DNA from: a bacterium
GTDB taxonomy: Bacteria; Vulcanimicrobiota; Vulcanimicrobiia; Vulcanimicrobiales; Vulcanimicrobiaceae
Direction of reading: 5' to 3'
Assembly: GCA_021845615.1 (NCBI GenBank)
Contig: JAJZVP010000001.1
Span: 1-59,257 of the forward strand
Length of the DNA stretch: 59,257 bases
Part shown: one piece after another, positions 44,997 to 54,405 of the stretch
Layout of the letters: every line of letters begins with the position of its first letter
Numbering within the stretch: position 1 is the stretch's first letter
Made by a program: the position numbers and the translations under genes
Notes under the pieces: model-generated
Seen by the model: the letters and a program-made list of their open reading frames with translations, nothing else
Told to the model about the DNA's origin: nothing
Databases searched by the model: none

Positions 44997-46111
44997 TGGG
45001 CTGCTCCGATCGTAGATTTGCCGTCGTGAACGATACAGGCACCTGCGATGACGTCGTCGTTGTAATCCAGGGCGAGCGTACCGTCTTTTGCAAACGGCGA
45101 AAGTAAAGCGAAGAGATTGCGCGAGTAAAGTTGGCTTGCGTTGTACGGCATCGTGGCCGGCAAGTTCGTCGTACCGATGATCTGCACGCCGTTGTCGGTG
45201 ATAACGCTCTCGTTGGGTTTGGTGAGCGCGCAGTTGCCTCCGGCCTCCGCCGCGAGATCGACGATGACGCTTCCCGGAGCCATCGCGGCGACGGCAGCTT
45301 CGGTGATGAGAATCGGCGCTCGCCGCCCGGGAACCAATGCGGTCGTGATGACGACGTCGTTTTTCCCGATCTGTTCGACCATCCAGTCGCGTTGCCGCTG
45401 CTGCTGTTCGGGCGTGAGTTCCTTCGCGTATCCGCCCGAACCCTCGGCGCTCTCGCCGAGATCGAATTCGAGGAATTTCGCGCCGAGCGATTGCACCTGT
45501 TCGCGAACGACGGCGCGGACGTCGTAGCCGCTGACGACTGCGCCGAGGCGGCGTGCCGTTGCGATGGCTTGTAGCCCCGCGACGCCGGCCCCGAGTACGA
45601 GCGCCTTTGCGGGCGGAATCGTTCCCGCTGCGGTGGTGAGCATCGGGAAGAACTTCGGCAACGCGCTCGCCGCGAGCAAGACGGCTTTGTAGCCGGCGAT
45701 ATTGCTCTGCGACGAAAGCGCGTCCATACTTTGCGCGCGCGTGATGCGCGGGATTTTCTCGACGGCGAGTGCTTCGATTCCCGCCGATGCCAGGCGCTCG
45801 GCGTATGCCGGGTCGCCGAGCGGATCGAGGAAACCTACGAGAAGCGCGCCTTTTTTGAGGCGCGCTAGCTGATTTTCGGTCGGACGTGCGACACAGAGAA
45901 GGGCATCGGCGGAAGAAAGGAGTTCGTTCTCGTCGGCGACGATGCGAGCTCCGACCGATTCGTAAGCGGAGTCCGGAAAAGAAGCGGCGCGACCTGCATC
46001 GCGCTGTACGTGAATTTCCAGTCCGAGTTTTTTAAATTTCGAGACGCTTTCGGGAACGAGCGCGACACGGCGTTCGCGCTCGGCGCTCTCACGCGGTACG
46101 GCAAGTATCAT
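44993..46111 (-). CDS. pntAA: NAD(P) transhydrogenase subunit alpha part 1 (dI, alanine dehydrogenase-like)
   Basis: RERRVALVPESV and LVLGAGVAGLQAIATARRLGA Rossmann motif; 372 aa. Confidence 0.9.
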   Translation of the reverse strand: MILAVPRESAERERRVALVPESVSKFKKLGLEIHVQRDAGRAASFPDSAYESVGARIVADENELLSSADALLCVARPTENQLARLKKGALLVGFLDPLGDPAYAERLASAGIEALAVEKIPRITRAQSMDALSSQSNIAGYKAVLLAASALPKFFPMLTTAAGTIPPAKALVLGAGVAGLQAIATARRLGAVVSGYDVRAVVREQVQSLGAKFLEFDLGESAEGSGGYAKELTPEQQQRQRDWMVEQIGKNDVVITTALVPGRRAPILITEAAVAAMAPGSVIVDLAAEAGGNCALTKPNESVITDNGVQIIGTTNLPATMPYNASQLYSRNLFALLSPFAKDGTLALDYNDDVIAGACIVHDGKSTIGAAQ

Positions 46112-46143
46112 CTGCGGGGCATACGGCTCCCGCGCAGCGACTC

Positions 46144-46524
46144 CTATCGCAATTCGGCTATGAGAATAATAAGGAGCACCGAAAAACCGAGGATCCCCCC
46201 AAGATGCGCGAGCAACTCACGGCGCAGACGGCGTAGGTGCGCGTACGCAATTGCGAGATCGAACGCCGAGAGCAGGAAGCCCAGCGCGGCGAAGATCGCA
46301 AGCCCGACGAGGTCGTGCCGCAGGGCCGTGGCGAGGATCGCCGCGGCGAGGATTGCGTCGCGTGCCCCCGTCGCCCGCACGAAGCCCAGCGCGTTCCCCT
46401 CGCTAACCGGCAGCCCGTAGGCGGCCGCGAGCTTCTCCGGCGCGAAGAGCGCGAGCACGCCGATTCCCAACAGCGCGCATGCCGCGAGAAACGAGAGCGA
46501 GATGCCCGGCGAGAGTGCGCTCAC
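46144..46524 (-). CDS. small membrane protein (DUF4267-like)
   Basis: 126 aa with 4 hydrophobic segments. Overlaps the FAH gene stop by 4 nt. Confidence 0.5.
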   Translation of the reverse strand: MSALSPGISLSFLAACALLGIGVLALFAPEKLAAAYGLPVSEGNALGFVRATGARDAILAAAILATALRHDLVGLAIFAALGFLLSAFDLAIAYAHLRRLRRELLAHLGGILGFSVLLIILIAELR

Positions 46525-47366
46525 GTCAATGCGATGCGCGTGCGTAGCGAACCGATGCGTTCGATCCGCACTTCGAGCAGGTCGCCGTCGCGTAGAAATT
46601 CGGGCGGGGTTCTGGCGAAACCGACCCCTTCGGGGGTACCGGTGGCGATGACGTCGCCGGGAAGCAGCGTCATGCCGCGCGAGAGCTCGGCGATAATGCG
46701 CGGGATCGAGAAGATCATTTTCGCCGTCGTGCTGTGCTGCTTCTCGACGTCGTTGACATACATCGCGATATCGAGCGCTTGCGGATCGCCGATTTCATCG
46801 GCGGTGACGATCGCGGGGCCGAGCGGACAACTCTCGTCGAGGCTCTTGCCCTTCATCCACTGAACGTGCGCGCGCTGCAGATCGCGCGCGGTAAGATCGT
46901 TGCAGCACGTGTAGCCGAAAATAACATCGGAGGCGCGACTCTCCTCGACGTCGCGACAGCGCGAGCCGATCACCACCGCGAGTTCGGCCTCGTAATCGTA
47001 CTCGTGCGAGATCGCGGGATCGAAATGCGCCACGGCGTCGGGGCCGAGCAGAGCGGTCGTTGCTTTCGTGAAAAAGGTCGGGACCTCGGGCAGTTTCAGG
47101 TCGCGACCCGCCGCACGAGCGCCCTCCAACGCGTGTTCGAGGTAATTGCGCCCGACGCAGAAGACGTTGCGCGGCGGAATCACCGGCGGGCCGTAAACGA
47201 GCGCGGCGGCGTCGAGCGTCGGTCGACCGATGCGCTCGTTGCGCCGCTCCGCCGGCAGCTCGATGAATGCGCGCATATCGGGGGCGTCGATCGGGGCGAC
47301 GAGCGTATCGTGCAAGACGCCGGGGCGCAGCGTTCCGTCGTCGTCGAAAAAGGAAATCAGCCGCAC
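46521..47366 (-). CDS. fumarylacetoacetate hydrolase (FAH) family protein
   Basis: NVFCVGRNYLEHA, EAELAVVIG and GDVIATGTPEGVG. GTG start preceded by AAGGAG. Confidence 0.85.
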   Translation of the reverse strand: MRLISFFDDDGTLRPGVLHDTLVAPIDAPDMRAFIELPAERRNERIGRPTLDAAALVYGPPVIPPRNVFCVGRNYLEHALEGARAAGRDLKLPEVPTFFTKATTALLGPDAVAHFDPAISHEYDYEAELAVVIGSRCRDVEESRASDVIFGYTCCNDLTARDLQRAHVQWMKGKSLDESCPLGPAIVTADEIGDPQALDIAMYVNDVEKQHSTTAKMIFSIPRIIAELSRGMTLLPGDVIATGTPEGVGFARTPPEFLRDGDLLEVRIERIGSLRTRIALT

Positions 47367-47369
47367 GGA

Positions 47370-47543
47370 TTACTCCTTACGGCTGGTGAGATGGAGAAAA
47401 CCGCAGTAGCGGCATTCGTACGTTCGTAGCATCGCTGCGGTACCGTTCATCAACATGTGCGCGCGTGCCTCCGCTTCGCTGTGAAAGGTATCTTTCGTTC
47501 CACAACTTCGCTCGCGGTCGGCCTCGCTGCGCGATCGATCCAT
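47370..47543 (-). CDS. unannotated 57-aa small protein with C-x29-CxxC-x3-H zinc-ribbon-like motif
   Basis: MDRSRSEADRERSCGTKDTFHSEAEARAHMLMNGTAAMLRTYECRYCGFLHLTSRKE. Below the 60-aa cutoff of the track. Its stop lies 3 nt before the FAH start and contains the FAH SD. Confidence 0.45.
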   Translation of the reverse strand: MDRSRSEADRERSCGTKDTFHSEAEARAHMLMNGTAAMLRTYECRYCGFLHLTSRKE

Positions 47544-47549
47544 GCGGCG

Positions 47550-48056
47550 TTAGCGTGCGGGGTGGTGCGTCGGCTTGGGCGTCGGTTTAAGGAGCTTCTT
47601 CAAACTCGGAAGATGGGGATGCTCGTGCTCCTGCTGCATGCGCTTTGCGTCTTCGATTATTTGGCTTGCGGCGCCGGGATCGTTGCCCCAATTTCCGCCC
47701 GCGCGAAGGAGCGTGGCATGGCGATAGATTCCATACGTGCGCGGGTTGTAATCGTAGGTGACGCGATAGAGACCGACGATTGCCTTTCCATTGGGGAGAC
47801 GGATCGTCGCTTGGAGGACATTCCCCAGCGTGTGCGCGTTAAAATTGAGATTTTTACATCCGTGCTTCTGCGTGACGCGGACGACCTGCCCGAGCCGGTT
47901 GACCTCGACGACAAACTCGGTATGAAGGGGAACCGTGGGCGGGCGGGGCGTCATCAAAGGACGCGTCGTCGCCGCGCGAGCAAGGGGAGCGAGCACCGGC
48001 AGGCCGAGCAGAGAGACGGCGAGCAGAGCAGCGAATGGGTAGCGGAGTATTCTCAT
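47550..48056 (-). CDS. exported hypothetical protein with His/Pro/Lys-rich tail
   Basis: Start at MRILRYPFAALLAVSLLGLPVLAPLARA (signal peptide). The upstream 190 aa of the track ORF overlap the divergent gene and are Arg-rich. Confidence 0.5.
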   Translation of the reverse strand: MRILRYPFAALLAVSLLGLPVLAPLARAATTRPLMTPRPPTVPLHTEFVVEVNRLGQVVRVTQKHGCKNLNFNAHTLGNVLQATIRLPNGKAIVGLYRVTYDYNPRTYGIYRHATLLRAGGNWGNDPGAASQIIEDAKRMQQEHEHPHLPSLKKLLKPTPKPTHHPAR

Positions 48057-48116
48057 GAGCGTGCGGTTAACGATTCGTAGGGGCTGGGGGTTCCGCCTCC
48101 GAAGCGCGCTCTGCTC

Positions 48117-50489
48117 ATGGTACGTCGTTTTCGCGCGCTCGGGCTTGCCTGCGCCCTCCTCATCCTTTCGCTCGCCCCGGTCGGGGCGGCCCGCCCGATC
48201 GTCGATCTGCATCGGCTCGACGGATACTTCGCGCTCTTCGCCCACGATAGCGACGTGCCGTGGCAGCCGACCGTTGTGCGGCTCGACACCTACTCCAGCG
48301 CGCCGGTGAGCTTTGCGGCCTACGCCGTCGATCCCGGCGACGTGTTGACCGCCGGAAGTAATTCGCGCCCGCGCGCGATCGATGTCGGTCGGCGAAAAGC
48401 GGTCGTGCGCTGGAATTTCACGCCGCCCGGCGGCTATCGCTTTCAGGCCAACGTCGTGCAGGTACCGCTTGGGTCGCGTGCCGGATTCTACGTCGTCGAA
48501 GCGCGGCGTGGCGGTGTCGGCGAGCAGGTCTGGATCAATCGCACCGATGTCGGGATGATCGCAAAACAGACGCCCGGCGGACTGATGATCTACGCCGCCG
48601 ATCTGCGTACCGGGAGGCCGCGGCCGCACATGCGCGTGATGTTCGTCGTGAATAGCCGGTTCGTCGTGCGTTACACCGATGCGCGCGGAATCGTTCGTTG
48701 GGATCGCGCGCCGTGGCCGGTTTTCGCGCTCGGACAGTGGGGCAGCAGCTACGCTTTCGTCTCACTCTTGCCGCAGGCACCGCTGCCGCCCGAGATCCTC
48801 GGCGTGCGATTGGAGAGCGCGGTCGTGCACGCCGGCGAGAGCGTCCGCATCGTCGGCTTCGCGCGCACGCGCGACGGCGAGCTTTTGCGGCCGGCGCGCG
48901 GCGACGTCACGGTCAGCGTGCGTAACGGCCCGGTCTCGGTCGCCGACGTGCGCGTTCCGCTCGATCGCGCGGGTGCGTTTTCGACGACCGTTGCGATACC
49001 CGCCGACGCGCGCAGCGGCGATTACGCCGTGCTCGCGCAGGGTTTGTCGGGAGTAGCCGGCGCGACGTTGCACGTCGATGCCGATGCCGACGGCATCGCG
49101 CTGAACGTGCGCTCGGTCTGCAACGGGCGCTGCTCGGCGGACGCCGATATTCCGCTGCGCATCGAAGCGCGTCGCGACGGTCGCCCGGTCCGCGATCTCC
49201 CCGTTACCGTGACGATCGTTCGCTCGCCGCACGTCGTCGTCGGTTTTGAAGAGAAACGGCGGCCGTGGGCGATCTCGAAGTGGCTGGAAACGACGGTGCG
49301 CACCGATGCAAACGGCGCCGCCGATCTCTCCATTCCGCGACCGACCGATGGGCTTGCCTCGACCTACGGCGTAACGATTGCCTCCGGCGGGGCAAGCGCC
49401 GAGACGCGCGTCACCGTTCCCACCGCGCCGTTCACCGTTCGCGTGCGTCCCTTTCATCGCCGACAATCGATCGGCACCCCGTTGGGTTTCGATATCTACG
49501 CCAACAACGTCGATACGCTCGCGCCGCTTCGCGGTGCGAAGGTCGTCGTTACGCTCTCGCACGGCGCGTCGGTGCAGCGTCAGGTGTTGACGTTGGGCAG
49601 TAACGGCTTCGTTCGCGGAGCATTTAGCATGCCCGATCTCGGTACCAATCTCATTATCGCCGAGATCGATAGCGATGGCCACGTAGCAAAAGACGCCGAT
49701 CAGGTCGACGTTGTCCCGCAAGCGCAGGATACCGGAGAGATCGGGAGTGCGGCGGTCTCGCTCGCACTCTCCGCTTCCCGTTACACGGAAGGCCAGCGTA
49801 TCGGCGTTACCGCGCGTTCGCCGGGTGCGCGCGGCAATACGCTCTTTACGCTGGAGAGCGCCCTCGGTGTCCAATCCGATGTCGCCGACGACGGCAACGG
49901 TATCGCGCACGGCGCGTTCACCGCGCGCACCGCGTTAGGGACCGTCTCGATCGGTGCGGCGATGGTGCGCGCCGGTGCGATTGCGTGGAATACGATTGCG
50001 CTGCCGCTCGACACCCCGGGGCGCCCCGCGCAGGCAACGTTACGAACGATCGGCGACGATGGTCGCCCCGGGTCGATCGCAAAGCTCGCGATGGGCCCGT
50101 TCGCCGACGGTGCCGGAACCGTGGTGCTGCGCATCAGTCGCGGCGTTCCATCGGGAAGCGCACTCTTCGACGATGCGCCGGGCTTGCTTGCGGTCGGCGC
50201 GACGCTCACCCTCAATAGCGCTCCCCCGGAGACGACCTGGCATCCGTGGGTCGATTCGACCGGCGAGCATCCCGAGGTACTCGGTTTCGAACGTGTCGCG
50301 TTACCGCCGAGCGATCTCACGATCGCCCAGTCGGATACGTCGACGGTCGCGTGGAGCGTCGAGCCGTCGGCGAGCGATATACTGCCGTTCCATCTTCCCG
50401 CCGACGTCGGCCGCTATACGCTCTCGGTGCTAAAAATCTGCGACGACGGGCGCGTCATCGCGGGTTCGATGCGGCTCGAGGTGCACTGA
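48117..50489 (+). CDS. large secreted protein with alpha-2-macroglobulin MG-domain-like repeats
   Basis: Signal peptide. Segments such as GFYVVEA...VGMIAKQTPGGLMIYAADLRTGRP and VVHAGESVRIVGFARTRDG...IPADARSGDYAV recall MG1/MG2 domains. No thioester CxEQ motif seen. Confidence 0.4.
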   Translation: MVRRFRALGLACALLILSLAPVGAARPIVDLHRLDGYFALFAHDSDVPWQPTVVRLDTYSSAPVSFAAYAVDPGDVLTAGSNSRPRAIDVGRRKAVVRWNFTPPGGYRFQANVVQVPLGSRAGFYVVEARRGGVGEQVWINRTDVGMIAKQTPGGLMIYAADLRTGRPRPHMRVMFVVNSRFVVRYTDARGIVRWDRAPWPVFALGQWGSSYAFVSLLPQAPLPPEILGVRLESAVVHAGESVRIVGFARTRDGELLRPARGDVTVSVRNGPVSVADVRVPLDRAGAFSTTVAIPADARSGDYAVLAQGLSGVAGATLHVDADADGIALNVRSVCNGRCSADADIPLRIEARRDGRPVRDLPVTVTIVRSPHVVVGFEEKRRPWAISKWLETTVRTDANGAADLSIPRPTDGLASTYGVTIASGGASAETRVTVPTAPFTVRVRPFHRRQSIGTPLGFDIYANNVDTLAPLRGAKVVVTLSHGASVQRQVLTLGSNGFVRGAFSMPDLGTNLIIAEIDSDGHVAKDADQVDVVPQAQDTGEIGSAAVSLALSASRYTEGQRIGVTARSPGARGNTLFTLESALGVQSDVADDGNGIAHGAFTARTALGTVSIGAAMVRAGAIAWNTIALPLDTPGRPAQATLRTIGDDGRPGSIAKLAMGPFADGAGTVVLRISRGVPSGSALFDDAPGLLAVGATLTLNSAPPETTWHPWVDSTGEHPEVLGFERVALPPSDLTIAQSDTSTVAWSVEPSASDILPFHLPADVGRYTLSVLKICDDGRVIAGSMRLEVH

Positions 50490-53119
50490 TGGCCGAAGGT
50501 CGTCGCTTACTCCTCCTTGACACGTACGGCCTGGTCTATCGCGCGTTTTTTGCGCTTCCGCCGTTGACGACCGCCGGCGGCGTGCCGATCAATGCGGCTT
50601 ATGGTTTTACGACGACGCTGGTAAAAATTCTCGACAGCGAGCGCCCGACCCACGCGATTGCGGCATTCGACCGCGGCTTGCCGGCGCATCGCATGGAGAT
50701 GATGCCGCAATATAAGGCGCAACGCGAAGCGATGCCCGATGAGTTGCGCTCGCAGTTCGCGTTGGTGCGGCGCGTGCTCGACGTCTTCGGCATTCCCATC
50801 GCCGAACTCGAGGGGAACGAGGCCGACGACATCATCGCGACGCTTGCGGCGCAAGCGGAGAAAGCCGGAGCGCAAACGCTGGTGGTGACCGGCGATAACG
50901 ACCTTTTACAGATCGTCGACGATGCGACGTTGGTGCTCGCCACGCGGCGCAGCGTTACCGATCTGGTGCGCTACGACCGCGCCGCCGTGCACGAACGCTA
51001 CGGCCTCGCCCCCGAACAACTCGCCGATTATCGCGGCCTCAAAGGCGACCCGTCGGACAATCTCCCCGGTATTCCCGGCATCGGGGAAAAGACCGCAATC
51101 GCGCTGATGCAGACAGCCGGTTCGCTCGATGCGTTGCTCGCCGACCCAACGCTCGCCGGAAAGCCGCGCTGGGAGGCATTGGTGCGTGAATACGGCGAGC
51201 AAGCGCGGCTCTGTCGCGACGTTTCGCGCGTCGATCGTCACTTGCCGGTGACGCTTGATTGGGAGGCAGCTGCCCTGCATCCGCCCGACGCAGCGCGGCA
51301 ATACGCGCTCTATCGCGAGTTGGAGTTCCGTACGTTGCTGCGCAAGTTGGAGCCGCCGCCGCCGTCGTCGTCGGGCGACTTACCGCTCATGGCATCGCTG
51401 CGCGCACCCGACGGAGCGTTCCGCTCGTACGTCGCCGCCGTCGATCCACCCGATTTCGTACAACTGGGCGAAGAGTTAGAACGGATGGCGGGTGCGCCCT
51501 ACGTTGCGCTCGCGATCGAGGCCGATACCGTCGGCGTCAGCGCTGCGCCGCGTGCGGGGCTCTCGTTTCGCCTCGATGCGCTACGCGGAGAAGCGCTGCG
51601 TTCGTCGCTGGAGCGCGCGCTCGCGGGCGCGCGCGCGATCGTGGGCTACGATACGAAACGTTTGCTTCGCGCGTTCGATTCCTACGGGCTCGTCGTCCCG
51701 GCGTTTACCGACGATGCGATGTTGGCGGCGCATCTTTTGGAGCCCTCGCGTAGCTGCACCGACCCCGCCGAAGCCGCTTTACTGGTACTCGACGAAGAGC
51801 CGGTACGCGATGCCGCTGTCTTCGCCGATGTTGCCGCTCGCGTCGCGCAGCGGGCGACGGAAATACTTGCTCAACGCGAACAACTCGCGCTCTATCGCGA
51901 CGTCGAGTTACCGTTGCCGCCGATTCTCGCGCACATGGAAGAGGCGGGCATCGCGATCGACGCGCGAGCGTTGCAAGAGTTTTCGCTGGAATTAACGGCG
52001 AGCATCGCGGGCATCGCCGAGCGCATCGTCGAGGCCGCGGGGGAAACGTTCAATATCGGATCGCCGCAACAACTCGGGCGTATCCTCTTCGAAAAGCTCG
52101 CGATTCCCGGAGGGAAGAAAAACAAAACCGGCTGGGCGACCGGCGTCGAAGTGCTACAACCGCTTGCGCGCGAGCATCGCATCTGCGCCGATATTCTGGA
52201 ATGGCGCGAACTCACGAAACTGAAGAACACCTACGTCGATGTGCTGCCGGCGTTGCGCGACCCGAAAGACGGGCGCATTCATACGGTCTTCAACCAAACG
52301 GTGACGGCGACCGGGCGCCTGTCATCGACGAATCCGAACCTGCAGAATATTCCCGTACGCGCGGGGATCGGCCGACGCATTCGGCGCGCGTTCGTTGCCA
52401 GCGCGCCGGGAAGGCTCTTGCTGAGCGCCGATTACAGCCAGATCGAACTGCGCTTGATGGCGCATCTCTCCGGGGACGAAGCGATGCGGCGTGCCTTTCG
52501 TGAAGGAATCGATATCCACGATTTCACCGCACGGGAGATCTTCGGCCTCGCGCCCGATGTGCCGATTGAGAGCGAGCAACGACGTATGGCGAAGGTGGTA
52601 AACTTCGGGTTGCTTTACGGCATGTCCGATTTCGGCCTTGCCGCGCGCCTAGAGATCGATCGCACGCTCGCGCGCAGCATCACCGAGCGGTACTTCGCGC
52701 GCTTCCCCAGCGTGCGCGCCTATATCGCCAAGACGTTGGAACGCGGGCGCGAGGATGGTTACGTCAGCACGATTCTCGGACGTCGTCGCTACATGCCGGC
52801 GCTGACGTCGAGCAATACCATGCTTCGTAACGCCGCCGAGCGAGAGGCGACCAACGCGCCGTTGCAAGGCAGCGCCGCCGATCTCATGAAACTCGCGATG
52901 ATTCGCGTCGATCGCGCGCTACGAGAGAGCAAGGAAGATGCCGTCTTGCTGCTACAGATACACGACGAGTTGCTGATCGATGTTGCGGCGACGGCGCGCG
53001 ACCGCGTGGCGGCGATCGCTCGCGAGGCGATGGAGCATGCGATGGAGCTCTCCGTGCCGCTGGACGTCAGCGTCAAGGCGGGCGAGAACTGGGCGGAAAC
53101 CGAGCGATTCGATGCTTAG
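50489..53119 (+). CDS. polA: DNA polymerase I
   Basis: Start at MAEGRRLLLLDTYGLVYRAFFA (5'-nuclease domain). Polymerase motifs DYSQIELR, RRMAKVVNFGLLYG and QIHDELL. Confidence 0.92.
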   Translation: MAEGRRLLLLDTYGLVYRAFFALPPLTTAGGVPINAAYGFTTTLVKILDSERPTHAIAAFDRGLPAHRMEMMPQYKAQREAMPDELRSQFALVRRVLDVFGIPIAELEGNEADDIIATLAAQAEKAGAQTLVVTGDNDLLQIVDDATLVLATRRSVTDLVRYDRAAVHERYGLAPEQLADYRGLKGDPSDNLPGIPGIGEKTAIALMQTAGSLDALLADPTLAGKPRWEALVREYGEQARLCRDVSRVDRHLPVTLDWEAAALHPPDAARQYALYRELEFRTLLRKLEPPPPSSSGDLPLMASLRAPDGAFRSYVAAVDPPDFVQLGEELERMAGAPYVALAIEADTVGVSAAPRAGLSFRLDALRGEALRSSLERALAGARAIVGYDTKRLLRAFDSYGLVVPAFTDDAMLAAHLLEPSRSCTDPAEAALLVLDEEPVRDAAVFADVAARVAQRATEILAQREQLALYRDVELPLPPILAHMEEAGIAIDARALQEFSLELTASIAGIAERIVEAAGETFNIGSPQQLGRILFEKLAIPGGKKNKTGWATGVEVLQPLAREHRICADILEWRELTKLKNTYVDVLPALRDPKDGRIHTVFNQTVTATGRLSSTNPNLQNIPVRAGIGRRIRRAFVASAPGRLLLSADYSQIELRLMAHLSGDEAMRRAFREGIDIHDFTAREIFGLAPDVPIESEQRRMAKVVNFGLLYGMSDFGLAARLEIDRTLARSITERYFARFPSVRAYIAKTLERGREDGYVSTILGRRRYMPALTSSNTMLRNAAEREATNAPLQGSAADLMKLAMIRVDRALRESKEDAVLLLQIHDELLIDVAATARDRVAAIAREAMEHAMELSVPLDVSVKAGENWAETERFDA

Positions 53120-53543
53120 CCTTCTCCTTGCTGCGTCGATCATCGCGAGTCAGTCCTCGTTACCGGTCGTGACGATAAACGCACCGCGGGCCGCAATGCA
53201 TCTCTGGGTATCGCGCAGCGAACGGCAGCACGAACTCGGCTTGATGGAGCGAACGCGCCTCGATCCGGCGCAGGGAATGATCTTCGTCTTCCGGCGCAAC
53301 CACGAACGGTATTTTTGGATGAAAGATACGTTGATGCCGCTCGACATGGTCTTTATCGAACGCGACGGTTTGGTGCGCGCCGTCGTGTCGCGCGTACCGG
53401 TGCTCGCGCCGGGAACGCCCGATAGCGCGATACCGCTGATCCACGCACGGGCGCAGTACGTCATCGAGCTCGCTGCGGGCGAAGCGCTTCGGCTGGGCAT
53501 CGTCGCCGGCGAAAAATTGGCGATCCCGGCGCTGCCGAAGTAG
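53112..53543 (+). CDS. DUF192 domain protein
   Basis: GLMERTRLDPAQGMIFVF...FWMKDTLMPLDMVFI...YVIELAAG. ATG overlaps the polA end by 8 nt. Confidence 0.7.
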   Translation: MLSLLLAASIIASQSSLPVVTINAPRAAMHLWVSRSERQHELGLMERTRLDPAQGMIFVFRRNHERYFWMKDTLMPLDMVFIERDGLVRAVVSRVPVLAPGTPDSAIPLIHARAQYVIELAAGEALRLGIVAGEKLAIPALPK

Positions 53544-53556
53544 GGTAGCCCCCGCG

Positions 53557-54369
53557 ATGCCCGAGCTTCCCGAAGTCGAGACGATCGCCCGCGGGCTACG
53601 CCGCGCCGTTCTCGGGGCGCAGATCGTCGCCGCCGACGTGCGCAAAGCGAAGATGGCGCAGGCGCCGCCGGGGCTCGACTTCTCCGCCGAACTGCGGGGG
53701 GAGCGGATCGAAGGCGTCGAGCGCCGCGCGAAGTACGTCGTTCTCGCCCTGAGTTCGGGGCGGCGCTTGCTCACCTCGCTGCGCATGACGGGGCGCCTCG
53801 TCGTCCAAGCCCCGGGCGAGCGGGAGTTCCCTGCGACCTATGTCGTTCTTGCCCTCGCCGACGGGCGGCGCCTCGCTTTCGCGGACACCCGCACCTTCGG
53901 TCGGATGCGCTTGATCGAGCCGAATGAGCCCTGGGACGCCGATATCGGCCCCGAACCGCTCGAGCGCGCCTTTACAGCCGAGCGCTTTGGCGCTATCCTT
54001 GCGAAGCGAAGAACGCCGATCAAGGCTTTGCTTCTCGATCAGCGGCGAGTCGCAGGCATAGGAAACATCTATGCATGCGAGTCGCTTTGGCTCGCCGAAA
54101 TTCGGCCGAGTCGCCCCGCAGGGTCGCTGCGGGGGCCTGCGCGCGAGCGCTTGCGCCGCTCCATCATCGACGTGCTCGAACGAGCGATCGAGATGCGCGG
54201 AACGACCGTCGACGATTATGTCGACGCCGAGGGTCTCAAAGGCGGCTTTCAAAACGCCCTTGCGGTCTACGGACGACTCGGGGAAGGTTGCCTGCGTTGC
54301 GGGTCGCCGATCCGGAGATCGGTAATCGCGGGTCGAGGCACCTGGTGGTGCAGGCAATGTCAGCGGTGA
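53557..54369 (+). CDS. mutM: formamidopyrimidine-DNA glycosylase
   Basis: MPELPEVETI N-terminus and a C-terminal zinc finger CLRCGSPIRRSVIAGRGTWWCRQCQ. Confidence 0.92.
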   Translation: MPELPEVETIARGLRRAVLGAQIVAADVRKAKMAQAPPGLDFSAELRGERIEGVERRAKYVVLALSSGRRLLTSLRMTGRLVVQAPGEREFPATYVVLALADGRRLAFADTRTFGRMRLIEPNEPWDADIGPEPLERAFTAERFGAILAKRRTPIKALLLDQRRVAGIGNIYACESLWLAEIRPSRPAGSLRGPARERLRRSIIDVLERAIEMRGTTVDDYVDAEGLKGGFQNALAVYGRLGEGCLRCGSPIRRSVIAGRGTWWCRQCQR

Positions 54370-54405
54370 TCTTCGCGAAAATAAAAAATTAAAGGCAGGA
54401 CAACA

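Noticed and set aside
48057-48629. N-terminal 190-aa extension of track ORF 47550..48629
   Set aside because: The extension overlaps the divergent 790-aa gene, is Arg/Gly/Asp-rich and lacks any signal. An internal ATG at 48056 yields a clean signal peptide, so the shorter form was kept.
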